A stretch of DNA of 64,000 nucleotides, taken from NCBI GenBank assembly GCA_964588305.1, contig CAZPOP010000006.1:7465-71464 (forward strand). Reading direction: 5' to 3'. The stretch is from an uncultured Ignavibacteria bacterium. Lineage in GTDB: Bacteria > Zixibacteria > MSB-5A5 > SM1-73. The position numbers and the translations under genes were made by a program. The notes beneath the pieces are model-generated. The model was given only the letters and a program-made list of their open reading frames with translations. It searched no databases and had not been told where the DNA came from. Positions 27,203 through 35,266 of this stretch are shown here, in pieces (position 1 is the stretch's first letter; each line of letters begins with the position of its first letter).

Positions 27203-29641
27203 TTATATGCTCCACCAATAATTGAGTTTGATCAGAAACGTGTTGCCGGGCACGGTATCGAACATGTTGTCCCAGTCTCGTCTGAATCTGAAGTTGCCGA
27301 CGCCATCGCTGGTATTCCGGGACTGAGTCCAGACCAGGAATAGCGTGCTCCCCGGCCGGTACTCCCAACGGAGAACCACATTTGAGTTAAAAGAGGTCCA
27401 GTTACGATCTGGTTTGTTGTCCTCATCATTCTCGTCATACACAGAAGTATCCACGTACTCGAAATCATCCGGTGGAACAAGCTTCTTAAAGTTCCTGTAA
27501 TCCATGGCGGCCATAAAAGGTTGAGCGTAGATCTGTAGACTTAGGTTCTTGCTGAAGGTGAAAGTTCCTCTGAAGGTCATGTCAAATCGTCGCACGTGCT
27601 GCTCTCCGAATATGTCGTCGGTTCTGTTTTCATTGTCATCTTCAAGGTAAGTCAGCCATCTGGAAACACCGTCATTACGGTAGTACCCGGGACCTCCGCT
27701 GATTTCGATGTTGGATCTGGGCTGAAGGTTGAGCCAAAGGCTGTAAGTTTTGAAACGGCCATCCCAGGTGTCCCCCATTTCGAAGTAGGGGTTGATCTGC
27801 CAAGATCTTCGGGCGTCTGTCTCCAGCCAGACCCACCAGTTCTGTCCGATGGGTATTGGCGCCGCCGGCCCTCCCCTGGTTTCCACGTCAGAGTAAATGT
27901 TGTCGAAGTCCCTCCAGATTCCGCCACCCAAATTCCAGAAGTTTACCAGCTCAATGGAATTGTTAAAGTTTCCTCCCCGGGTTAGTTTCACTCCGGATAG
28001 GTTGTCAGCCGCACCAACGTTTAGATTGTTCCAGGTTTTTCTTATTATCCACCATTCCTTGGTGGTTCTGTACTGAACCCAACCCCAGATCTCTTTATAG
28101 TCGTTACGTGTCAGGAACCCCATATGATTCAAGCCCACTCCTCGATCAAGGTATTCCACCGAAATTGACCCGCGTATGTATTCTCCTCCCTGTTTTTCGA
28201 AACTCAACCAGGTACCCCACCCATCTTCTTCCGGCCCTGTTTTGGAACCTATGATCTGTCCCGCGCATAGGTAATCGCCGTTGTGGAAGCGCAAATTCCA
28301 GTCCACGTCACCAGTATAAGCAGGATGGGAATCCTTCTGGTTGACGGCTGTTGCCATGATTCCGACATAGGAGTTTTTCAAGATATCCTGCATCGCGCGA
28401 GCAACAAAATAATTGGCCTCAGGCTCTACCACCTCCGTTTTTCGGTAGTCAGCCTGGTGCATGAATTCAGCCTTTTCCTTCTGGGTCACCGCCTCCACAA
28501 TCCCGATGGAAGTCCCGCCCTTCGTTTTTCCCGTGATCTTTCCAGCAGCTAGAATCGTAGTGGCGCTTGGTTTTTCTATGAAATAGTCCACGCTGTCGGG
28601 ATTCCCGGATGGCTCTTTTCCAATTCGGCGGGAGTAGAAAAGATCGAAGGGAGTCTCAAAGATCTTAAATCCTTCTAAGAAAAAGGGGCGTTTCTCTGGA
28701 TACCACGTTTCGAAGACCGAAAGGTTTAGAATGGTCTCGTCCTGCTCCACCTGCCCAAAGTCAGGATTAACCGTGGCATCCAGGGTGAGATTGGAGGTAA
28801 TCCCGTATTTGAAATCAAAGCCAAAGTTCCCAAAGAAATCCCTCCCGTCCGGATTCCCCAGGCTTCTGGCTTCGGTCTCTTCGTAAGATACTAGGTAGGG
28901 TAGAATTTCGAGCTTTTTGGGTGGGGTCAGATTCTTCAAGCCTTTCAGGTGACCGAAATAAGAGACAAACCCACTGGCGCTCTCCGGAATATATATCCAC
29001 CTATCCAATTCGCTCTTGCGAGCGATACGGCGACTGCAATAGAATCCCCAAACGGGGTTCTCCTCGCAGGCAAAGCGCAGACAGTGAAAGGGTATTCTTA
29101 TTTCCGCCACCCAACCCCAGGGGGTCGTCCTGGTCGCCGATTCCCAGACCGCGTCCCAGCTATCGTCGTTCCAGTTGTCGTTATAGTAGTAGCTGTCTCG
29201 CTGAGTTCCTGATACACAGACGACGAAAGCATAGCCCGTCTGATGGTCATGATGGCTGTCAATAATCAAGTTAACCAGGTCAGATTCCACGTATCGATCC
29301 CTTCTGGTCAACCGGTTGATGATCTTGTCCGGCTCCGAGTCGTACATCTCCATGCCCACATATAGCGCTTCATCGTCATAGGCCACCTTCACGAAAGTGG
29401 ATTCGCTTGCGGGTTCGCCTTCATCAGGCTGAAACTGGGTAAAATCTCCGGAGCGGGGAGCTTTTTGCCAGAAATCCTCATCCAATAATCCGTCTATGTT
29501 TGCACCGGGGTTCGCTCTCACGGCGGTGATACTTTTTACCGTATCCTCCTCAGGCTCTTGAGCGAACAGATCCGACCGGCTTAGCACTAAGAAGAAGAGG
29601 AATATGAAAAGCAGAATCAACACCCATTTCCAACTTAGCAT
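27203..29641 (-). CDS. Large secreted protein, CBM9-like N-terminal domain plus DUF5916-like beta-rich domain
   Basis: Signal peptide MLSWKWVLILLFIFLFFLVLSRSDLFAQ. N-terminal DGLLDEDFWQKA...ALYVGMEMYD resembles CBM9-like modules of Bacteroidota DUF5916 proteins. Family assignment is from memory only. Confidence 0.8.
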   Translation of the reverse strand: MLSWKWVLILLFIFLFFLVLSRSDLFAQEPEEDTVKSITAVRANPGANIDGLLDEDFWQKAPRSGDFTQFQPDEGEPASESTFVKVAYDDEALYVGMEMYDSEPDKIINRLTRRDRYVESDLVNLIIDSHHDHQTGYAFVVCVSGTQRDSYYYNDNWNDDSWDAVWESATRTTPWGWVAEIRIPFHCLRFACEENPVWGFYCSRRIARKSELDRWIYIPESASGFVSYFGHLKGLKNLTPPKKLEILPYLVSYEETEARSLGNPDGRDFFGNFGFDFKYGITSNLTLDATVNPDFGQVEQDETILNLSVFETWYPEKRPFFLEGFKIFETPFDLFYSRRIGKEPSGNPDSVDYFIEKPSATTILAAGKITGKTKGGTSIGIVEAVTQKEKAEFMHQADYRKTEVVEPEANYFVARAMQDILKNSYVGIMATAVNQKDSHPAYTGDVDWNLRFHNGDYLCAGQIIGSKTGPEEDGWGTWLSFEKQGGEYIRGSISVEYLDRGVGLNHMGFLTRNDYKEIWGWVQYRTTKEWWIIRKTWNNLNVGAADNLSGVKLTRGGNFNNSIELVNFWNLGGGIWRDFDNIYSDVETRGGPAAPIPIGQNWWVWLETDARRSWQINPYFEMGDTWDGRFKTYSLWLNLQPRSNIEISGGPGYYRNDGVSRWLTYLEDDNENRTDDIFGEQHVRRFDMTFRGTFTFSKNLSLQIYAQPFMAAMDYRNFKKLVPPDDFEYVDTSVYDENDEDNKPDRNWTSFNSNVVLRWEYRPGSTLFLVWTQSRNTSDGVGNFRFRRDWDNMFDTVPGNTFLIKLNYWWSI

Positions 29642-30019
29642 TGTTTTCTCCTGTCCAAGAGAAGTTTGTAGTCAGGGATCGTTCTCCAATCCCAAAGATT
29701 TCGAATTCTAGCTAACACAATTTTTTATACTGCCGCTTTTCCGAAATTGTTCCGCGAATCTTCATTTAAATTCAAAAAGTCTGTGGCTTGCGAGATTCGG
29801 GCAAAGCGACGGCCTAAGAGGGCAGTTCAAATGTTTGTGCTCCTGGTTTCGGGATCGGATTCACCATTGAGGGCATTTGAGCAAGGTGACAAGAAATGTC
29901 AGAGGAGAGGCTTGCAGCGCAATGAAAAGAACCAAATCAAGAATCCGAGCCCATTTATTGGCACATTTTCTGATGGTTTTTCTTGACTTCCCTCGGGAGA
30001 GGACTTATATTTAAGAAAA

Positions 30020-31546
30020 TTGAAAAGGACGAAGGCAATGGGCAAAACTGAAATACTGAGGTTGCTGAAAGGGACTTTTGCTGATCGTAAGCTGATCCTT
30101 CTATCTAATCGCGAGCCTTACGTCCACCGAGCCATCCCCAGAGGATTTGTCTGCGAAAAGCAGGGGGGTGGGGTGGCAACGGCTCTAGATCCTGTCATGC
30201 AGATGGTGGGGGGCACCTGGATAGCTTGGGGAAGCGGAAATCTGGATAAAAGCTTCGTGGACGAGAAGGGCAGAGTCAAGGTCCCCCCGCAAGATCCCAA
30301 ATACCTCTTAAAACGGGTATGGTTAACCGAAGACGAGGTGGAGAACTACTACCTGGGATTCTCCAACCGATCGCTTTGGCCGTTAGCACATAACCTCTGT
30401 AACCAGGTGGTTTTCAAGAGAAAATTCTGGGAATTCTATAAAAAGGTGAATGAACACTTTGCCCAAGTGGCCTCAGAGGAATTCGAGAGCGAAAGGGCGC
30501 TCATCTGGGTGAATGACTATCAACTCGCCTTAGTACCCCAGAAACTGAGGTCCAAAGCGGAAGATGCCATGATAGTATTCTTCTGGCATATTCCCTGGCC
30601 CAACTACGATCTCTTTTGCATCCTGCCGCAGCGCAAGGAATTTCTGGAAGGACTTTTGGGGAGTGATCTCCTGGGTTTCCACACCCAGAATTTCTGTAGG
30701 AATTTCTTAGCCTGCGCGGAACAGGAACTGGAAGCCGAAGTGAATTTCGAGAAATCCACGGTGACGTACAGAGATCATACCACCAAAGTCAAAGCCTTCC
30801 CCATAAGCATAGATTTCGAACATTTCTGCTCGCTGGCGCAATCCAAAGAGACCCAGGCCATGCTCACCAAACTGAGGAAAGGATTCCATCTGGAAGATAC
30901 CATTCTGGGGATAAGCGTGGACAGATTGGATTACACCAAAGGCATTCCGGAAAAGCTTAGGGCCATAGATCTTTTTTTGGAGAGGTATCCCCAATACCAG
31001 GGCAGGTTCACCTTCGTTCAGATTGCCGCGCCTTCTCGCACCAAAATCAAGGCCTATCGCGAGTTGCGCGAAGAGGTGGTGAGCTTGGTCAGCCAGATAA
31101 ACCAGAAATATGAAAAGCCAGGTTGGCGCCCCATCTTTCTGATCAACCGTCAGGTGGATCACAAAACTTTGTCCGTTTATTATCGTTTAGCAGACTTAGC
31201 CATAATCAGCTCTGTGCGCGACGGCATGAATTTGGTGGCTAAGGAGTTCATCGCCTCTCAGATTGATGAAAAGGGGATCTTGTGTTTAAGCGAGTTTGCC
31301 GGAGCCTTCGAAGAGATGGAAAATTCAATTCCGATCAACCCATATTACTCCGATGGTTTTGCGGAGGCCATCAAAAAGGCTTTGGAAATGCCCCTTCCCG
31401 AAAAAAGAGACAGAATCAGAAGGATGCGCCAATACCTGAAGGAATACGATATCTACAGATGGACCTATGATATCTTCCAGACCCTGTCTGAAATGATTCC
31501 CTCCCAAGCTGAAGCAGACGTGGACATGCTCTTAATGCGCGAATAG
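30020..31546 (+). CDS. otsA: Trehalose-6-phosphate synthase (GT20)
   Basis: GT20 motifs IWVNDYQLALVPQ, FFWHIPWP, LADLAIISSVRDGMNLVAKEF. Confidence 0.9.
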   Translation: MKRTKAMGKTEILRLLKGTFADRKLILLSNREPYVHRAIPRGFVCEKQGGGVATALDPVMQMVGGTWIAWGSGNLDKSFVDEKGRVKVPPQDPKYLLKRVWLTEDEVENYYLGFSNRSLWPLAHNLCNQVVFKRKFWEFYKKVNEHFAQVASEEFESERALIWVNDYQLALVPQKLRSKAEDAMIVFFWHIPWPNYDLFCILPQRKEFLEGLLGSDLLGFHTQNFCRNFLACAEQELEAEVNFEKSTVTYRDHTTKVKAFPISIDFEHFCSLAQSKETQAMLTKLRKGFHLEDTILGISVDRLDYTKGIPEKLRAIDLFLERYPQYQGRFTFVQIAAPSRTKIKAYRELREEVVSLVSQINQKYEKPGWRPIFLINRQVDHKTLSVYYRLADLAIISSVRDGMNLVAKEFIASQIDEKGILCLSEFAGAFEEMENSIPINPYYSDGFAEAIKKALEMPLPEKRDRIRRMRQYLKEYDIYRWTYDIFQTLSEMIPSQAEADVDMLLMRE

Positions 31547-31645
31547 CTTTGCGCAAACTCCCAAGCAAAGATTTAATTTGAGTTTCACCGGCTTTAAGGT
31601 CAAACTAAAACTCATCTTTGTTAGTAAGAGTGCTGGCGAGGAAAG

Positions 31646-32482
31646 ATGCTCAGATTGATCGAAGAGTACCCCAGGCTGGAAAATAGAATTCTGGCAAAGA
31701 GGTTTCTTTTTATAGGGTTGGATTATGACGGAACACTGACCCCCATAGTGAGGCATCCCGACCAGGCTGAGCTTGCGAAGGATACAAAGTCACTGCTGGC
31801 AGATTTATCTCATCTGCCCAACACCTTGGTGTGCATAATCAGTGGAAGATCGTATCAAGACGTTAGAAGAAAGGTGGGAGTCAGCAGAATCATCTATGCG
31901 GGCAACCACGGAATGGAGATAAAGGGGAGGGGCGTTTCCTTCCTGGTGAGGGATTCAAAAAAAATTACCAAAGAAGTGAGTCAGATTTGCCGAAATCTAA
32001 ATCAGAGATTAAAGGGAATTGCTGGGGTGTGGGTCGAGAACAAAGGTCTTACCGCCAGCATTCATTACCGCCTGGCCGAGTCGGAAGATGCCCAGAAAGC
32101 AAAGTCCATTGTTTCTCCCTTGGTAGAAGATTACGCGGGTTTGCGCTTGGCGAGAGGGAAAAAGGTATGGGAGATAAGACCGAATCTGGATTGGAATAAA
32201 GGAAAAGCGATGGCTCATGTTTTGGATAGGTGTCTGACGAAAAGCTGGAGAAGAAGAAGTGCAGTAGTTTACATCGGCGACGATCGGACGGACGAGGACG
32301 TTTTCTCTTTGTTAAGACAAGACGGGATAACCGCCCTGGTAAGCAGAAAGCCTCGTCAGGGAAGCAGCGCCGAATTCTTTTTGACCCATCCCCGGGAGGT
32401 GAGAAGCTTTCTGGAATGGCTGTGTAATTTGTGGGAGGATAGAGGTGTCAAATCCCAATCAGCGGGCAAAGATTCCTTTTGA
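31646..32482 (+). CDS. otsB: Trehalose-6-phosphate phosphatase (HAD-IIB)
   Basis: LFIGLDYDGTLTPIV, ISGRS, GNHGMEI, GDDRTDEDVF. Confidence 0.9.
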   Translation: MLRLIEEYPRLENRILAKRFLFIGLDYDGTLTPIVRHPDQAELAKDTKSLLADLSHLPNTLVCIISGRSYQDVRRKVGVSRIIYAGNHGMEIKGRGVSFLVRDSKKITKEVSQICRNLNQRLKGIAGVWVENKGLTASIHYRLAESEDAQKAKSIVSPLVEDYAGLRLARGKKVWEIRPNLDWNKGKAMAHVLDRCLTKSWRRRSAVVYIGDDRTDEDVFSLLRQDGITALVSRKPRQGSSAEFFLTHPREVRSFLEWLCNLWEDRGVKSQSAGKDSF

Positions 32483-33122
32483 GTTCTACGAGTGTATCAT
32501 CTTGATCATGCCCACAGGGAAAAAAGCGGCCAATCTGAGGGAGTTTGCGGAACTCCTGAAGGTGGTGAACCCTCGGGTTATCTTCTACCATCTCTATCAG
32601 TTCTTCATAAAGCCGGTTCATCAACCCTGGGACTATCCTAACGACTTCGCCCACTGGGCAGCTTTTGGCCTGGAGGATTTTAAGCTGGCCGAGAAGCTTT
32701 CAAACCTGGCTCCCTTCAGATTTTCTGACATCGAGGACCTGCGCGAAGCTCTGGTGGATATGATCGAAGATCACATGTGGGAATGCCCAATCATCCCCTG
32801 GGCCAGATCCGGTTCCGAATTCTTCTTCAACGAGTCCACTACCATAGTCCTTCCCACAGGCGTCGAGGCCAAGACTCTGACAGAATTCAAGAACGCTTTG
32901 ATTAAGGTTAATCCCAGTTCTATATACTATCATTTTTTTGAATCCAGACAGAGATTGAACCAGGACGTAGACGATTTCTCCGTTTGGATAAAAAACAATT
33001 TCGATTGTCCTGACTTGGTCACCCAACTGAGAAATATCGACTTCTATCTCTACAGTTTACTGGAATTGAGGGAAAGAACCATCCGAATTCTGAAATCGGA
33101 AGTATCAAACATGGGGAAATAA
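32445..33122 (+). CDS. Hypothetical protein with internal tandem duplication (two ~100-aa halves), embedded between otsB and treT
   Basis: Half 1 EFAELLKVVNPRVIFYHLYQFF...DFAHW and half 2 EFKNALIKVNPSSIYYHFFES...DFSVW are clearly homologous. Overlaps the otsB end by 38 nt. Stop abuts the treT start. Confidence 0.7.
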   Translation: MSNPNQRAKIPFEFYECIILIMPTGKKAANLREFAELLKVVNPRVIFYHLYQFFIKPVHQPWDYPNDFAHWAAFGLEDFKLAEKLSNLAPFRFSDIEDLREALVDMIEDHMWECPIIPWARSGSEFFFNESTTIVLPTGVEAKTLTEFKNALIKVNPSSIYYHFFESRQRLNQDVDDFSVWIKNNFDCPDLVTQLRNIDFYLYSLLELRERTIRILKSEVSNMGK

Positions 33123-33125
33123 GAA

Positions 33126-34346
33126 TTGACCGGACTCTCCGATTACGTGCCCATAGTCGGGCAGGAAAACATCGATCAGCTTTTCAGACTGGCAGAAAGG
33201 CTGAAGGGCAGAAGTGTGGTTCACGTCAACTCCACGCAGACCGGAGGCGGGGTGGCGGAGATACTCAAGTCTCTGATTCCCTTAATGAATGAGTTGGGCA
33301 TAGATACTCGCTGGGTGGTGATAAACGGGAATGGAGAGTTCTTCGATGTTACCAAGGCTTTTCATAATGCCCTTCAGGGAAACAAAGTGAACGTGTCGGA
33401 GGAGATGTTTAGAACTTACATAGAGACCAACAAAAAGAATGCTCAGGATCTGAATCTGGAAGCGGACGTGGTCATAATACATGATCCGCAGCCAGCCTCA
33501 CTGGTCGACTATCGGAAAGGCCAGGCCAAGTGGGTGTGGAGATGTCATATAGACGTATCCAGGCCGGAAAGAAAGGTCTGGAGGTTTTTGAGAGAGTACA
33601 TAGTCAAGTACGACGCCAGCATATTCTCGGTGTCCCAATTTGCCCAGAATCTGCCTCACCCTCAGTATCTCATCCTTCCCTCCATCGATCCTTTGAGCGA
33701 TAAAAACATGCCGCTTTCCCAACTTGAAGTGCGTGATATCCTAAAAAGCCACGGCATCAGGAACGACAAGCCCACGCTGGTGCAGATATCTCGTTTCGAT
33801 AGATTCAAGGATCCATTCGGAGTCATCGATGCCTATCAGTTGGTCAAAAGAGAAATCGACTGCCAGTTGATACTGGCCGGCGGAGGAGCATCGGACGATC
33901 CCGAGGGAGAGATGGTGCTCAAGGAGGTCGAGGAAAAAGTCAAGGATGATCCGGACATCCGAATATTGGTCTTGCCGCCAACCGCTCACAAGGAGATAAA
34001 TGCGATTCAGCGCTGTGCCGACATCATCCTTCAGAAATCCTTGAAAGAAGGCTTTGGATTATCGGTCACGGAAGGGATGTGGAAGGAAAAGCCGGTGATA
34101 GGCGGAGCCGTCGGCGGCATAGTAGAACAGATATATAATTATCAGACCGGTTTTTTGGTTTATTCGGTTGAGGGTGCCGCTTATCGCATCCGGTATCTTC
34201 TATATCACAAAAACATGGCCAGGAAGCTGGCAAAAAACGCCAAGGAATACGCCCGCAGAAGATTTTTGATAACCCGTCATCTGCGAGATTATCTCTCCCT
34301 GTTGATCGCTTTGGACCACCCCGGTGAGGGTTACATTTTCGTTTAA
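33126..34346 (+). CDS. treT: Trehalose glycosyltransferring synthase TreT (GT4); TTG start
   Basis: Extensive identity to archaeal TreT: RSVVHVNSTQTGGGVAEILKSLIPL, FHNALQGN, IHDPQPA, WVWRCHIDVS, GFGLSVTEGMWKEKPVIGGAVGGI. Confidence 0.85.
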   Translation: MTGLSDYVPIVGQENIDQLFRLAERLKGRSVVHVNSTQTGGGVAEILKSLIPLMNELGIDTRWVVINGNGEFFDVTKAFHNALQGNKVNVSEEMFRTYIETNKKNAQDLNLEADVVIIHDPQPASLVDYRKGQAKWVWRCHIDVSRPERKVWRFLREYIVKYDASIFSVSQFAQNLPHPQYLILPSIDPLSDKNMPLSQLEVRDILKSHGIRNDKPTLVQISRFDRFKDPFGVIDAYQLVKREIDCQLILAGGGASDDPEGEMVLKEVEEKVKDDPDIRILVLPPTAHKEINAIQRCADIILQKSLKEGFGLSVTEGMWKEKPVIGGAVGGIVEQIYNYQTGFLVYSVEGAAYRIRYLLYHKNMARKLAKNAKEYARRRFLITRHLRDYLSLLIALDHPGEGYIFV

Positions 34347-34369
34347 GACTCTCAGTGACGAAATCAACC

Positions 34370-35206
34370 TTATTTCAATAGCACCAGCTTTTTGGTCTCG
34401 GAGAAGTCTCCGGTCATTATTCGGTAGAAGTAGATTCCTGAAGCAACATCTTCTCCACAATCATTCTTTCCATCCCACAGCACTGATTTGTAACCTGAGG
34501 ACAGACGTTGCGAAACCAGAGTTCTAACCTTCCTTCCCAATAGATCATAGATGTTTAAGGTAACAAACCCCGGCGTTGCCAGAGTAAATCGTATCTTGGT
34601 GGTTTGATTGAAGGGGTTGGGGTAGTTTTGCAGGAGCATAAACTCACGAGGTCTTTCTCTCTCTCCGGTCTCATCCCTAACCTCAGTCCCGGGAGGATTG
34701 ATCGTTCTGTCCATGAAGATATCAGAGTTGTTGGTCTGCTCCAGGTCCGTAAAAACCGTGTAGACAAATGAATCCAGAACCGCCATGCCGTTGTATTCAC
34801 CGACCCATTGCGTGGCCGGCGTGACAACCGTATCCTGCACAGCGAAGCTGGGAGCAAAACTGGATGCCCCGTCAAAACTGGTCGCCATGCGAAGTTCTGC
34901 CGCCGGAGCCCACATGTTCAAGGGACTCATGCGGAAGTGGTAGTAGGAAATGTCAATCAGTCCATTATCTTTAACCGCCACCCAGGGGAGTACCTGAGCA
35001 TAAGTTGTACCATCATCATTGACCGTGACGGGTGTCTGCCATGTCGCTCCCCCATCGGTCGAACGAACGCAGAACACGTCCGCCTCATCGGGTCCGGTAA
35101 GCCAGGTGGCCCCGTTGTCAGTTGAATGGTTGGCATATATATTGGGGAGGCCGTAGAAGCGCGGATCGGCCCAGGCAATGTTTACATACCCGTTTCCCGC
35201 GGACAT
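34370..35206 (-). CDS. C-terminal piece of a BNR/Asp-box repeat protein ending in a T9SS C-terminal sorting domain
   Basis: BNR repeats STDNGATW and STDGGATW. C-terminus NYPNPFNQTTKIRFTL...LNIYDLLGRKV...WDGKNDCGEDVASGIYFYRI = canonical Por/T9SS CTD. No signal peptide of its own. In frame with the upstream ORF across a single TAA. Confidence 0.7.
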   Translation of the reverse strand: MSAGNGYVNIAWADPRFYGLPNIYANHSTDNGATWLTGPDEADVFCVRSTDGGATWQTPVTVNDDGTTYAQVLPWVAVKDNGLIDISYYHFRMSPLNMWAPAAELRMATSFDGASSFAPSFAVQDTVVTPATQWVGEYNGMAVLDSFVYTVFTDLEQTNNSDIFMDRTINPPGTEVRDETGERERPREFMLLQNYPNPFNQTTKIRFTLATPGFVTLNIYDLLGRKVRTLVSQRLSSGYKSVLWDGKNDCGEDVASGIYFYRIMTGDFSETKKLVLLK

Positions 35207-35266
35207 AACCGGATAATTGCTTTGCAGTGCAAGCGGCTGACTCCCGGTATTGATCTGGATGTCTGT

